Virus record (IMG/VR): IMGVR_UViG_3300012352_000420
Location: 1-61,459 of that record
Direction: 5' to 3' (one strand)
Source of the DNA: a virus
Lineage: Duplodnaviria; Caudoviricetes
DNA length: 61,459 nt
Shown here: in pieces, positions 20,335-30,966 of the stretch
Position numbering within the stretch: the first letter of the stretch is position 1
Layout: every line of letters begins with the position of its first letter
The notes under the pieces: model-generated
Seen by the model: only the letters and a program-made list of their open reading frames with translations
Told to the model about the DNA's origin: nothing
Databases searched by the model: none
Program-made: the position numbers and the translations under genes

Positions 20335-21009
20335 ATGGGTATAGTAAAGGGTCTGCAAGGACTAAACAAGGTAATGGACAAGCCTACTTATTCAGAGGGC
20401 GAAGGTTCAAAGGCAAGATGGGTAAAGCTTGAAGATGGCGAAAGCGTAAAGATTAGATTTCTTCAGGAACTTGATCCAGACTCACCAAACTACAATGAAA
20501 AGAACGGCCTAGGATTTATTGCTGTAGAGCACACAAATCCTGCGGACTACCGTCGTAAGGCTCTGTGTTCAATGGACGATCAGGGCAAGTGCTATGGATG
20601 CGAGGAGCACCGAAAAGATTACAAGAAGGGCTGGAAGGGCAAGTCACGCCTTTACATCAATGTTCTTGTAGATGACGGTAAGGAAGATCCTTACGTTGCA
20701 ATTCTTTCACAGGGTTCAAGCACAAAGGCAATTACACCAACTCTTATTGAGTATGCTGGTGAAATGGGAAGCATCAGCAATTTGGTATGGCGTATTAAGC
20801 GTACAGGTCTGAAGACAGACACAAGCTACACAGCAATCCCACTTGGTAAGGATGAGACAGCGTTTGACGGTTCTGATCTTGAGCTTTATAAGCTAGAAGA
20901 TATTGCCGTTCGTGATATGCCTTATTCAGAACAAGAAGGATTCTTCAATGGGGAAAACTCAGAAGAAGAGTCAACAACAGATTCTACCTCAAGCAGCGTA
21001 GACTGGTAA
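20335..21009 (+). CDS. Single-stranded DNA-binding protein (gp32-like)
   Basis: KLEDGESVKIRF, H...C...CYGC zinc site, acidic tail ending in VDW; lies between primase and polymerase. Confidence 0.75.
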   Translation: MGIVKGLQGLNKVMDKPTYSEGEGSKARWVKLEDGESVKIRFLQELDPDSPNYNEKNGLGFIAVEHTNPADYRRKALCSMDDQGKCYGCEEHRKDYKKGWKGKSRLYINVLVDDGKEDPYVAILSQGSSTKAITPTLIEYAGEMGSISNLVWRIKRTGLKTDTSYTAIPLGKDETAFDGSDLELYKLEDIAVRDMPYSEQEGFFNGENSEEESTTDSTSSSVDW

Positions 21010-21019
21010 TCAATAATTT

Positions 21020-21049
21020 GGAGGGGTGGCTATTGCCATCCCTCCTTTT
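21020..21049 (+). terminator. Intrinsic terminator overlapping the next promoter
   Basis: GGAGGGGTGGC-TATT-GCCATCCCTCC followed by TTTT. Confidence 0.8.
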
Positions 21050-21067
21050 ATTTGATAGGATATGGCC
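21033..21067 (+). promoter_or_regulatory. Promoter TTGCCA-17-TAGGAT, leaderless
   Basis: -10 at 21056-21061, 6 nt before ATG 21068. Confidence 0.6.
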
Positions 21068-21274
21068 ATGATTTCATATGAGATACCAGACCCATTCGAC
21101 ACCTTTGTTGCTAATAAGTATAAGGCTGCAAAAGGATTAAAGTATGACTTCTTTGGCCAGGAATGGTATTTAAAGACAACTTGTTGCGGTGAAGAGCTAT
21201 ATGCACCAAATAAAAAAACAATGACTAAGATTAGACTTTATCATACAAGAAATGAATGTTTAGGCGGATACTAA
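21068..21274 (+). CDS. Hypothetical protein
   Basis: Start moved from 21062 to 21068 by promoter geometry; CCG...HTRNEC. Confidence 0.7.
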   Translation: MISYEIPDPFDTFVANKYKAAKGLKYDFFGQEWYLKTTCCGEELYAPNKKTMTKIRLYHTRNECLGGY

Positions 21275-24200
21275 TGAGTTTTACACATTTACACGTACAC
21301 AGCTACTATAGCTTAATGGATGGACTTAATTCACCCAAAGAGCTATGTCAAGCTGCTTTAGATGCTGGACAAACTGCTATCGCAATTACAGACCATGGAA
21401 CTTTATCTTCACACAGAGACATGCAAATTGCAGCAAAAGAATTAGGTATTAAGCCGATCCTTGGAGTAGAAGCTTACATATCTCCAACTGATAGATTTGA
21501 TAGATCTTCAAAAACAGATAAGTCTATTCAGGCTTATAATCACATCATTCTGCTCGCAAAGAATCAAACTGGATTGAATAACATCCACACTCTTCAAGAG
21601 CTTGCTTGGAACGAAGGCTTTTATCATAAGCCACGTATTGATAGAGAGGTTTTAAAACAATATGCAGAAGGTATTATTGTATTGTCTGGATGCCTTAACG
21701 GTCTTATTTCTAAGGCTATCGAAAGGGGCGAATTTTCTGAAGCTAAATTGGTTCTCAAGGATTTTCAGAAAACTTTCGGTTCAGATTTTTACGTTGAGGT
21801 TCAGTCGCACAACCCTGAAGAAATAAATGCAAAGCTGCTTGAATTAGCAGATGAATTAAATATTAAGGCGGTGGCAACAGGGGATGCACACTTTGCTAAG
21901 GGAGAAGATAAAGTCCTTGAAGAAGCTATGCTAATTCTTTCAACATCTCCAAAGGCTGACAAGGAAACAGATTTTGAAATGTCCAGAAATATGAAGGACA
22001 TGATGGATCGATTTAATTACTTGTATCCAGATAGAAGAATCTCATTTCAAGACTATAACCTATTTATTCAGTCACGCTCAGAAATTGAGGCTGATTTCAA
22101 CAAGGCTGGAATCTCACGTATTGATATTTATGAGAATACCATGGAGATTGCTGATAAGGTAGGCGAATATGAGTTTAACCGTGGACTTGACCTTCTGCCA
22201 GTCCCAAAGACCAATGCCGATAAGAAGCTAAGGGAACTGGCTGAAAGTGGCTTAGAGAGGCTAGGAAAGGCCTCAGATGAGGTCTACAGGGCACGTCTAG
22301 ACGAAGAGCTGGCGGTTATTAAGGATAAAAACTTTGCCTCATACTTCCTTGTGGTAGGAGATATGATTAACTGGGCAAAAGGCTCGAATATTATGGTTGG
22401 TCCAGGCCGAGGTTCGGCAGCAGGATCGTTGGTCTGCTATGCCCTAGGTATTACAGACGTAGATCCAATTAAATATGACCTTCTGTTTTTCCGATTTATT
22501 AACCCAGAGCGAAATGACTTTCCTGATATTGATACAGACTTCGAAGATCGCCGTCGCAAAGAGGTAAAGGAATATCTTAAAAAGAAATTTAAGCACGTAG
22601 CGTCAATTTCTACATACACATACTTTAAAGATAAGGGTGTCATTAGAGATGCTGCTCGTGTATTTATGGTTCCACTTCAAGAAGTAAATCGTGCAACAAA
22701 ACAAATAGATACATTTGAAGATTACCTAGACTCACCAAACACACGTGAGTTCCGAGAGAAGTACCCAGAGGTAACTTGGCTTGCAGAAAGACTTCGTGGA
22801 AAGATTAGAAGCGTAGGAGTCCATGCTGCTGGTGTTGTTGTAGCTAAAGATGATATTAGAAAGTATGCTCCAATTGAATCCAGAGAAGATGCACAGGACA
22901 AGGTGTCAGGAAGAATTCCAGTTGTTGCGTATGACATGGATACAGTTGCGGACATTGGTCTAATTAAGCTTGATGCCTTGGGTCTAAAAACCTTGTCAGT
23001 TATTTCAGACACGCTAGAGTCTGTAAGAAAGAGAACTGGTAGAAGCATTGTGTTGTCTGATATTGAATTAGATGATCCAAAGGTTTATAAGACTTTGAGT
23101 GATGGATATACTAAGGGCGTATTCCAGGCAGAAGCAACTCCGTATACAAACCTGCTTATTAAGATGGGTGTAGATAAGTTCGAGGACCTTGCTGCATCAA
23201 ATGCTTTGGTTCGCCCAGGAGCTATGAATACAGTAGGAGCTACATACATTAATAGAAAGCATGGTCGTGAAGCGGTACAGTATACGCATACAGTCATGAA
23301 GCCTTTTACCGAGAATACATACGGTGTTATTATTTATCAAGAGCAAGTTATGCAGGCATGCGTACACCTAGGTGGGATGTCATGGTCTGAGGCTGATAAG
23401 GTCCGTAAGATTATTGGTAAGAAGAAGGATGCAAAAGAGTTTGATGTATTTAAAGACAAGTTTATTGAAGGTGCAACAAAGCACATTAGTCAAGAAGATG
23501 CAGAGAAACTTTGGCATGACTTTGAAGCTCACGCTGGTTACTCTTTCAATCGCTCTCATGCTGTTGCTTACTCTATGCTTTCTTATTATACGGCTTGGCT
23601 TAAGCATTACTACCCACTTGAGTTTATGTTTTCAATCCTTAAGAATGAAAATGATAAGGATGCTAGAACAGAATACCTAATTGAAGCAAAGCGTTTAGGT
23701 CTAAGAGTTCTACTGCCACATGTTAATGAGTCAGACATATACTTCTCGCTTCAAAAGGATGCAATCAGATTTGGACTGGCGGAAGTTAAGTTTATCTCAG
23801 ACAATATTGCCAATAAGATTATGGCGTTAAGGCCATTTAAAGACTACAAGGATTTCGTTGATAAGGCTTCCAAAAAGGGAAGCGGTATTAATAGTCGTGC
23901 TGTAACTGCATTAAATATGATTGGCGGTGCAGCATTTGATGATAATCCAAGATCTGGAAATGAGCAGGAGAACTACTATGAGTATCTTGGCATTCCTACA
24001 TTTAACCTAGAATCAATTCCTCCTAGAATTAAATCACAGGCAAGACCAATTGATGACTTTGATGACCTAGGATCATTCGTTATGTTTGGAATGGTAAAGG
24101 CTATCAAGCGTGGAAATGGCTGGGCTAGAGTGGAGCTTGTTGATGAGACTGGATCTATTGGTTTATTCCACCATGAGCAGACGCAGATTGAAACAAATCA

Positions 24201-24543
24201 AATGTACTTTATTCTAGTTGGAGACAATAGAATCGCAAGGTATATTAATGTTAAGGATATTAAACCAGAATCATCTGACCTATTTGTTGATTATTTATAT
24301 GCAACAGAATACGATATGGCAGAGGATGAATATATGGTGGTCAACTTTACTCCATATAAAACAAAGGCTGGCAAGATGATGGCTCACATCGTTATGACAA
24401 ATAAGGATAAGGAGCTTACCAGAGCAATTGCATTCCCTACATTGTATAAGATGGCTCTGGGCAAAATGAGAGAAGGAATGAAGTGTAAGGTTGTTCTATC
24501 TAAATTAGACGATGGAACTTTAAGTATAAAGGAAATTAAATGA
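21274..24543 (+). CDS. dnaE: DNA polymerase III alpha subunit (family C)
   Basis: PHP HLHVHSYYSLMDG, GRGSAAGS, PDIDTDF, HAAGVV, KLDALGL, YSFNRSHA. Confidence 0.97.
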   Translation: MSFTHLHVHSYYSLMDGLNSPKELCQAALDAGQTAIAITDHGTLSSHRDMQIAAKELGIKPILGVEAYISPTDRFDRSSKTDKSIQAYNHIILLAKNQTGLNNIHTLQELAWNEGFYHKPRIDREVLKQYAEGIIVLSGCLNGLISKAIERGEFSEAKLVLKDFQKTFGSDFYVEVQSHNPEEINAKLLELADELNIKAVATGDAHFAKGEDKVLEEAMLILSTSPKADKETDFEMSRNMKDMMDRFNYLYPDRRISFQDYNLFIQSRSEIEADFNKAGISRIDIYENTMEIADKVGEYEFNRGLDLLPVPKTNADKKLRELAESGLERLGKASDEVYRARLDEELAVIKDKNFASYFLVVGDMINWAKGSNIMVGPGRGSAAGSLVCYALGITDVDPIKYDLLFFRFINPERNDFPDIDTDFEDRRRKEVKEYLKKKFKHVASISTYTYFKDKGVIRDAARVFMVPLQEVNRATKQIDTFEDYLDSPNTREFREKYPEVTWLAERLRGKIRSVGVHAAGVVVAKDDIRKYAPIESREDAQDKVSGRIPVVAYDMDTVADIGLIKLDALGLKTLSVISDTLESVRKRTGRSIVLSDIELDDPKVYKTLSDGYTKGVFQAEATPYTNLLIKMGVDKFEDLAASNALVRPGAMNTVGATYINRKHGREAVQYTHTVMKPFTENTYGVIIYQEQVMQACVHLGGMSWSEADKVRKIIGKKKDAKEFDVFKDKFIEGATKHISQEDAEKLWHDFEAHAGYSFNRSHAVAYSMLSYYTAWLKHYYPLEFMFSILKNENDKDARTEYLIEAKRLGLRVLLPHVNESDIYFSLQKDAIRFGLAEVKFISDNIANKIMALRPFKDYKDFVDKASKKGSGINSRAVTALNMIGGAAFDDNPRSGNEQENYYEYLGIPTFNLESIPPRIKSQARPIDDFDDLGSFVMFGMVKAIKRGNGWARVELVDETGSIGLFHHEQTQIETNQMYFILVGDNRIARYINVKDIKPESSDLFVDYLYATEYDMAEDEYMVVNFTPYKTKAGKMMAHIVMTNKDKELTRAIAFPTLYKMALGKMREGMKCKVVLSKLDDGTLSIKEIK

Positions 24544-24743
24544 CAGAAAACATTGAGGACTTGGTAAAATCAGTTAGCCTTAATCAGATCCTTGTTGCCA
24601 TTTTAGAGGAGCAAGGCAAGATTACAGTGCCAACACTTAGATTTTTAGATGCAAAGAACGACGACAAAGAACTCGTAATTGATTATGACTCAGAAGCATT
24701 ATCATTTACTTTTAGCCTAAGGAGCAATAATGAACAGCAATAA
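24540..24743 (+). CDS. Hypothetical protein
   Basis: Overlaps dnaE stop; SD AAGGA. Confidence 0.7.
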   Translation: MTENIEDLVKSVSLNQILVAILEEQGKITVPTLRFLDAKNDDKELVIDYDSEALSFTFSLRSNNEQQ

Positions 24744-25077
24744 TATCGTAACAGAGTATGGACTAGATGCGCTTTCTGCCGTACTACATGAGACAGCAAG
24801 AGAGAAGGGATTTTGGGATGGAGATTATTCGTACGATAAGGTCGGCAATAAACTTGCCCTCGTACATTCTGAAGTTACTGAGGTTCTGGAAGCTATCCGT
24901 AAAAATCAAGGCTCTGAAAAAGTTGTAGAAGAAATGGCGGATGTAATTATTCGCTTGCTAGATATCTATGCAGCAATGAGAAATGAAGAAGAGTTGATTC
25001 ATAGCTTGGATGAAGTACTAGAAAATAAACTTAATAAAAATAAAGAGCGTCCAAAGCTTCACGGCAATTTGTTTTAA
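24730..25077 (+). CDS. MazG-like NTP pyrophosphohydrolase
   Basis: HSEVTEVLE...EEMADVIIRLLD...KLNKNKER. Confidence 0.85.
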   Translation: MNSNNIVTEYGLDALSAVLHETAREKGFWDGDYSYDKVGNKLALVHSEVTEVLEAIRKNQGSEKVVEEMADVIIRLLDIYAAMRNEEELIHSLDEVLENKLNKNKERPKLHGNLF

Positions 25078-25107
25078 TGCTATACTTATACGAAAGAAAG
25101 AGAATCA

Positions 25108-26112
25108 ATGACAATAGATATCGATAGTATATTATCAAAATTAGATCCAAAAACTAGAGCTCGAGTTACAGCAGCTCAAGATGTTAAAGTAGAAAAGCAA
25201 TTAACACCAAGTATCGGACTTAACATGTCCCTAAAGGGTGGTCTAGGTTATGGCAGACAGGTCCTAGTATGGGGTAACAAGTCTGCTGGAAAGTCTTCTT
25301 TCTGCCTACAAATGATTGCTATGGCACAAAAAGAGGGCAAGACATGCGCCTGGATTGATGCTGAAGCATCATATGATCAGTCATGGGCAGAGGCTCTTGG
25401 GGTAGATTCATCTAAGCTAATTTACTCACCAGCAAAAACAGTCAATGATATGGTTGACGTTGCTACAAAGCTTATGGAAGCAGATGTAGATATGATCGTA
25501 GTTGACTCTATCTCAGCTCTACTTCCAGCAATTTATTTTGAAAAAGATGGCAATGAATTAAAGGATCTGCAAGACACAAAGCAGATCGGTGCAGAAGCAA
25601 AGGACATGACTCATGCAGTTAAGATGCTTAATTACGCAAACAAGAAAACGCTTCTTGTTCTCATTTCTCAGCAACGCAATCAATTTGGTAGCATGCATGC
25701 AAGTCATATCCCTACGGGTGGCATGGCGGTTAAATTCTTCTCCTCTACAGTCATTAAACTTTGGTCTAGTGAGGCTGAGGCTAATGCTATTAAGGCTGGC
25801 ATTAAGGTGGGAGATAAAATCATTGAACAAAGAGTGGGTAGACCAGTAAACTGGATCATTGATTATAATAAGCTTGGGCCTCCAAACCTATCTGGTCAAT
25901 ATGATTTTTATTACCAAGGCGAATCTTTAGGTGTGGATCGAGTTGGAGAAACACTAGATGTTGCAGAAATGTGTGGCATTGTAGAAAAGGGTGGAGCATG
26001 GTATACAGTAAATGGAGAACGTTTTCAAGGACGTGCAAAGGCTGTCGCATATTTAAGAGAAAATCCAGATGTTGTAGACAGCTTGATTGGAGAAATAAAT
26101 GCCAAATCTTAA
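25108..26112 (+). CDS. recA: RecA/UvsX-like recombinase
   Basis: GNKSAGKS, IDAE, VVDS, PTGGMAVKFFSS, KGGAWY; TGCTATACT promoter upstream. Confidence 0.92.
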   Translation: MTIDIDSILSKLDPKTRARVTAAQDVKVEKQLTPSIGLNMSLKGGLGYGRQVLVWGNKSAGKSSFCLQMIAMAQKEGKTCAWIDAEASYDQSWAEALGVDSSKLIYSPAKTVNDMVDVATKLMEADVDMIVVDSISALLPAIYFEKDGNELKDLQDTKQIGAEAKDMTHAVKMLNYANKKTLLVLISQQRNQFGSMHASHIPTGGMAVKFFSSTVIKLWSSEAEANAIKAGIKVGDKIIEQRVGRPVNWIIDYNKLGPPNLSGQYDFYYQGESLGVDRVGETLDVAEMCGIVEKGGAWYTVNGERFQGRAKAVAYLRENPDVVDSLIGEINAKS

Positions 26113-26290
26113 TGAGTTTTTTGGCCCAAAGCCAACCGTTGAGCAAGTTTCTAACTTGGAAAAAATAGTTGGAGATAAGCCTTGTTCAAAGTGTGATAAG
26201 GATGCTGGAGAGGCATACTTTGATCCAGCAACATTTACTATGTCATGGACATGTCCAGATGGACACCAGAATACTTTTAGGGTGAGCTAG
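26099..26290 (+). CDS. Small Zn-binding protein
   Basis: CSKC...CPDGH. Confidence 0.65.
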   Translation: MPNLNEFFGPKPTVEQVSNLEKIVGDKPCSKCDKDAGEAYFDPATFTMSWTCPDGHQNTFRVS

Positions 26291-26589
26291 TGTCAGAAAG
26301 GTCTGAGGTAAAACGTGATGGAGCAAAGGCACAGAAGAATAGTGGGCGTGGTAACTACCAAAAGGGTGATGCCCAATGGCATGATTTTGTGGTTGATTAC
26401 AAAGAGTATGAGAAGAGTATTTCCATATCGCAAAGCATCTGGTCAAAGATTTGTACAGATACTTTTAAAGTTAGCAGGGATAAGTATCCAGTACTCAAAA
26501 TAATATTGGGTAAGGATAATAGCAAGACAAGACTAGCGGTGATCGAGTGGACACTGTTTGAGCAGATGGTAGAAAAGTGGGAAGAATGA
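26290..26589 (+). CDS. Holliday-junction-resolvase-like PD-(D/E)xK nuclease
   Basis: SE...NSGRG...KGD...VDYKE. Confidence 0.6.
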   Translation: MSERSEVKRDGAKAQKNSGRGNYQKGDAQWHDFVVDYKEYEKSISISQSIWSKICTDTFKVSRDKYPVLKIILGKDNSKTRLAVIEWTLFEQMVEKWEE

Positions 26590-26696
26590 TAGAGTTTCTT
26601 TTTGGTTTATTACTTGGACATGTATTTGGATATGGAACATATACAATTGTTGACAAGATTGATCGTGATTTGAGGGCACAAAATGAGCGAGAATAA
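26586..26696 (+). CDS. Small membrane protein, 36 aa (not in ORF track)
   Basis: MIEFLFGLLLGHVFGYG...; ATGA overlap fills the gap. Confidence 0.55.
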   Translation: MIEFLFGLLLGHVFGYGTYTIVDKIDRDLRAQNERE

Positions 26697-27027
26697 TGAT
26701 AAGAATACTCTAGAGCTTATTAGCAATATCACGGAGTTTAATGATCTTCATGAGTTTATGAGCGATGAACATTTAGATAAGGCTATGGCTATTGTTGTGA
26801 AGATACTTATGAACCCAGATGTCCCATCTGCTAAGTCACCAATGCTTATTATGGAGCTTCAGGCCATGTCAACCAAGTTTGCCATCCTTGCTTCCTACTA
26901 CTCTACAATTGCAAAGGACAAAGCTGGAACGGTTAACAATAATAAGAAGAATGTTTACTATTCAGTAAAGGAGTCCATAGACAAGCTTGTAGATGCACTT
27001 AAGTATGTCGTTAGGTATAACTCATAA
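26683..27027 (+). CDS. Hypothetical protein
   Basis: Helical 114-aa ORF in the recombination cluster. Confidence 0.7.
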   Translation: MSENNDKNTLELISNITEFNDLHEFMSDEHLDKAMAIVVKILMNPDVPSAKSPMLIMELQAMSTKFAILASYYSTIAKDKAGTVNNNKKNVYYSVKESIDKLVDALKYVVRYNS

Positions 27028-27819
27028 ATGGCTAGAGATATTGTAAAGAATCTAAAGTTTAAGAAGTACAACGGTAAATTTTTTGATCCAGAAAGATTTG
27101 CCCAGCTTCTAGATGAGTCGTACAGAAATACTAAGAGGCTAGATGGAGAGATGACCAAGAAATCATTTAGCCCAAGCTCGCTTGGCTATGGACATGGAAG
27201 ATGCCCTAGATACTGGTATATGGCTTTTTCTGGCGCTATGTTTATCGATGACAATGATGCAGTCGCTGTTGCTAATATGGCACAGGGAACTCAGGCTCAC
27301 GAAAGGCTTCAAAAGCTTATTGCTACTATGCCAGAGTTTGTTGCTGAAGAAGAAGAGATTATTAATGAGTATCCTCCAATTCGTGGCTTCATTGACTTGA
27401 TCATGAAGTACGATGGTGAGATGGTAATTGGTGAAATCAAGACGGCAAAGCAAGAGGTCTGGGATACTAGACAGGCTGAAATGAAATCATCGCCTAATCA
27501 CATGCTCCAGCTTCTTACATACATGAAGCTAAAGAATGCCAAAGAGGGATTCTTCTTGTATGAGAATAAGAATACTCAGGAAGTCCTGATCATTCCAGTT
27601 TCTATGAATGATAAGAATAAAAAGATTATTGAGGATACTTTCCTATGGATGCAGGAGGTCTGGGATAATTTCCAAGATGGGGATATTCCTATGAGGCCAG
27701 AGGGTGCAACTAAATCAAAGATGCCATGCACATATTGCCCTATCAAAAAGGAATGTTATGCTAAGACAACACCTCTGGGTACAGTTCAAATTAATTTATT
27801 TGAGGTGCCAGTTCTATGA
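27028..27819 (+). CDS. Cas4-like / RecB-family exonuclease
   Basis: SPSS...CPR, GTQAHE, GFID, GEIKT, QLLTY, CTYCPIKKEC Fe-S cysteines. Confidence 0.85.
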   Translation: MARDIVKNLKFKKYNGKFFDPERFAQLLDESYRNTKRLDGEMTKKSFSPSSLGYGHGRCPRYWYMAFSGAMFIDDNDAVAVANMAQGTQAHERLQKLIATMPEFVAEEEEIINEYPPIRGFIDLIMKYDGEMVIGEIKTAKQEVWDTRQAEMKSSPNHMLQLLTYMKLKNAKEGFFLYENKNTQEVLIIPVSMNDKNKKIIEDTFLWMQEVWDNFQDGDIPMRPEGATKSKMPCTYCPIKKECYAKTTPLGTVQINLFEVPVL

Positions 27820-28094
27820 TATGCTCAAATAAAGATTGTGCAAAAGACTTCGATGCCAAGACACATAATCAAAAGTACTGCTCTGATGAATGCTGTAGGG
27901 TGGCTACAAACAAAAGAATTATGGAGAAGTATTACGAAAAGAAGGCTATTAGAAATGGTGCATATAGAGAGTGTAAGGTATGTAAGACACAGCTAAGTAG
28001 ATATAATCAATCTGATGTTTGTGTTATATGTGAAAAGAAAAATGGCACATCTAAAAAGACAAAGATATTAGGAATGATAGATGAGATTAGCTGA
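27816..28094 (+). CDS. Cys-rich zinc-finger protein
   Basis: CSNKDC...QKYCSDEC...CKVC...CVIC. Confidence 0.7.
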   Translation: MICSNKDCAKDFDAKTHNQKYCSDECCRVATNKRIMEKYYEKKAIRNGAYRECKVCKTQLSRYNQSDVCVICEKKNGTSKKTKILGMIDEIS

Positions 28095-28647
28095 GCTAGT
28101 AAAGACAAAAGCACACAGGGTTTTAGGAATAGATGCCTCCACAAACTCTGTGGCTTTTTGTTTGATGGAAGATGATGTCCCAATTAAATGGGGTAAAATC
28201 GAGCTGTCTGGATCAGATATTTATGAAAAGATATATGACGCCAAAAGAAAGATGAGCATGATGCTTGATGAGCTTAAGGCTGATTATATTGTCGTTGAGG
28301 GTGCCATACTTGTAAGATCCCCTGATGCTGTGATAAAATTGTCTTATGTTTATGGAGTGGTTATAGCAGAGCTTATGTCTACTGGAGCTACCGTAATTAC
28401 TATATCACCAACAGCATGGCAAGCCTATATTGGTAATAAGAATCCTACAAAGGCAGAGAAGGACGCCTTGAAGATTAAGTCTCCAGGATACGCCGACTCA
28501 TGGTATAAGAATCAGATTAGAAATATGAGAAAGCAAAGAACAGTGGACTACTTTAATAGTAAATACGGGCTAAAGCTGGATGACTTTGACGTGGCAGACT
28601 CATTTGGGATTGCTCATTATGCAAATAAGGTGTTAACAGAACGATGA
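28081..28647 (+). CDS. ruvC: RuvC-like resolvase
   Basis: VLGIDAS, VVEG, DVADSFGIA. Confidence 0.8.
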   Translation: MRLAELVKTKAHRVLGIDASTNSVAFCLMEDDVPIKWGKIELSGSDIYEKIYDAKRKMSMMLDELKADYIVVEGAILVRSPDAVIKLSYVYGVVIAELMSTGATVITISPTAWQAYIGNKNPTKAEKDALKIKSPGYADSWYKNQIRNMRKQRTVDYFNSKYGLKLDDFDVADSFGIAHYANKVLTER

Positions 28648-28790
28648 AATATTATCAGAGTAAAGAGTGGCTGCATAGAAGATATGTGGTCCAGAAGAAG
28701 ACAGTAACAGAGATAGGCAAAGAGTGTAACGTATCTGCTATGACCATACAAAGATACTTAGAGCAGTTTGGGTTGATTAAAAAAAGATGA
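28644..28790 (+). CDS. Small HTH protein, 48 aa (not in ORF track)
   Basis: MKLYQSKEWLHRRYVVQKKTVTEIGKECNVSAMTIQRYLEQFGLI; ATGA overlaps on both sides. Confidence 0.75.
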   Translation: MKYYQSKEWLHRRYVVQKKTVTEIGKECNVSAMTIQRYLEQFGLIKKR

Positions 28791-30070
28791 AAAAGTTTAT
28801 TTTTATACCAGTAGTTAATAGATTTGATTTGCTTGAAAAAGCAGTAAAGGGAATTAAAACAGACCTTTATGATGAATATATTATCTATAATAATTCAGAG
28901 CAGGAGATCCCAGAAGAAGTTTATTCTGGGACCCAGTTTAAAGTTTTGAATCCAGAAAGAAGAATGACTTTTACTGAAACTCAAAATGCAATGAGGCAGT
29001 ACGCAATAGATAATAATTTTGATTTTTATTCTTTTATGCATAATGATGGAGAAGTCCATGATGATACTGACGTCGCTCTAGTTAGATATGCCGAGTCTTT
29101 GACAGAAAACTGGGGAGTGATATTTACTAATTACGATGTTTTATGTGCATTTAACACAAAAGCATTTGAAGAAATTGGACCATGGGGAGATGAGAATTGG
29201 CCACCGCAACAAAATGGATACCTTTTGGATAATGATTATTATAGAAGAGTTAGGTCAAATGGGTATGCCATTAAAGAGATTACAGAAAGAGAAGTTACGT
29301 ATGTCCCGTCTGATCGTGTTGGTGGAGTCTCTCATTTCGGCTCAGCTACATTAAAGGATCCACAAGAGCAGAAGCTTTGGGATACTCAGGTTAGCTTTAT
29401 TTATGATCATTACTACAAGAAGTGGGGCGGAGAGCCAGGTCAAGAAAAGTATATTCATCCATATAACGTAGAGCCTAATCCTGGAATCAACTTTCCAAAC
29501 TGGTTTGACGGTATAAAGGCCAGCGCAAATTTTGAAAGTATTCTTTCTGACTATAATGGCAAAGAGGGGCTTGAGTTCTTAGAGATAGGATCATTTACTG
29601 GTGATAGTGCAGTTTACATGCTAGAAAATATACTGACATCAGATTCAGCAAGGTTGACATGCGTAGACACATGGGCTGGAAGCTTAGAGCATGCTGGTGA
29701 ATTGCAAGAGCATTTTACTATGGGAGAAGTTGAAAAAAGATTTGATGAGCGTGTAGCTAGGTTTAATAATAAAGTTATTAAGAACAAAACAACAAGTACT
29801 GAATGGTTACTAAATAATAGGTCAAAACAGTATGACTTTATTTATATTGATGGTGATCATACTGCTAATACAGTTCTTTCAGATGCAGTCCTTTCATGGG
29901 ATCTTTTAAAGGTTGGAGGAGTAATGGCATTTGATGACTACGAATGGACTCATCCAGATGGTGGTTCTTACGCACCGAGACTTGCGATAGATTCATTTTT
30001 AAATGTGCATTCTCCATATTTAGAAGAAATAAATAGAGGATGGCAGCTCTGGGTTAGGAAGACACGATGA
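28787..30070 (+). CDS. Glycosyltransferase (GT-A-like) - class I SAM methyltransferase fusion
   Basis: N-half IPVVNR...HNDGE...DNDYYRR; C-half LEIGSFTGDS, VDTW, DFIYIDGDH, GGVMAFDDY. Confidence 0.8.
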   Translation: MKKFIFIPVVNRFDLLEKAVKGIKTDLYDEYIIYNNSEQEIPEEVYSGTQFKVLNPERRMTFTETQNAMRQYAIDNNFDFYSFMHNDGEVHDDTDVALVRYAESLTENWGVIFTNYDVLCAFNTKAFEEIGPWGDENWPPQQNGYLLDNDYYRRVRSNGYAIKEITEREVTYVPSDRVGGVSHFGSATLKDPQEQKLWDTQVSFIYDHYYKKWGGEPGQEKYIHPYNVEPNPGINFPNWFDGIKASANFESILSDYNGKEGLEFLEIGSFTGDSAVYMLENILTSDSARLTCVDTWAGSLEHAGELQEHFTMGEVEKRFDERVARFNNKVIKNKTTSTEWLLNNRSKQYDFIYIDGDHTANTVLSDAVLSWDLLKVGGVMAFDDYEWTHPDGGSYAPRLAIDSFLNVHSPYLEEINRGWQLWVRKTR

Positions 30071-30966
30071 AGGTTTTAGTTACTGGTGGCGCTGGATTCA
30101 TTGGCTCTCATCTAGTAGATAGGCTGATTGAATTAGGTCATGAAGTCATCTGTATAGATAATGAAAGCGCTGAATCTAATGAGAAGTTTTACTGGAACAC
30201 TAAGGCTCAGAACTACAAGCTTGATATCTGTGAGTATCATAAGATATATGCATTATTCGATGGGGTGGATATTGTATTTCATCTAGCATCAGATGCAAGG
30301 ATTCAGCCAGCAATTTTAGATCCTAAAAAGTCTATTGATACAAATGTCCTTGGTACATTTAATGTCTTAGAGGCCTCTCGCAGAAACAGTGTTGATAGAG
30401 TAATTATGTCAAGTACTTCATCTGCATATGGGAAATCTAATTCTGTGCCTAATATTGAAACTCAGAAAGAAGATTGCCTAACCCCCTACTCAGCAGCTAA
30501 AGTTTTTGGAGAGAATCTGTCTAAAGTTTATTTTAACTTATATGGACTTAAAACAATTGCATTAAGGTACTTCAATGTTTATGGAGATAGACAGCCATTA
30601 AAGGGTCAGTATGCTCCAGTTGTAGGGCTATTCTTAAAGCAGAACAAGGAAGGCAAGGCTTTAACTGTAGTTGGAGATGGTACACAAAGAAGAGACTTCA
30701 CCTATATTGATGATGCAGTTTCAGCTAATATCTTGGCTGGATTTAAAGATGTGGATGATGAAGCCTTCGGTCAAGTGTATAATGTTGGATTCGGTAAAAA
30801 TTACCAGATCCTTGACATAGCACGTATGGTATCTGATAAAATAGAGTTCATACCTGCAAGACCAGGTGAAGCAAAAGAAACACTTTCAGATACGAATAAG
30901 ATTAGATTAAGGTTTGGTTGGCATGCAACTAAATCATTAGAAGAGTGGGTTAAGGAAAATAAATAA
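30067..30966 (+). CDS. NAD-dependent nucleotide-sugar epimerase/dehydratase
   Basis: TGGAGFIGSH, YSAAK, LRYFNVYG, GDGTQRRDFTYIDD. Confidence 0.92.
   Translation: MKVLVTGGAGFIGSHLVDRLIELGHEVICIDNESAESNEKFYWNTKAQNYKLDICEYHKIYALFDGVDIVFHLASDARIQPAILDPKKSIDTNVLGTFNVLEASRRNSVDRVIMSSTSSAYGKSNSVPNIETQKEDCLTPYSAAKVFGENLSKVYFNLYGLKTIALRYFNVYGDRQPLKGQYAPVVGLFLKQNKEGKALTVVGDGTQRRDFTYIDDAVSANILAGFKDVDDEAFGQVYNVGFGKNYQILDIARMVSDKIEFIPARPGEAKETLSDTNKIRLRFGWHATKSLEEWVKENK

Noticed and set aside
27028-27819. Cas4-like gene as sign of a CRISPR-Cas system
   Set aside because: No other cas genes or repeat-spacer array; solo Cas4-like nucleases are common in phage recombination modules.
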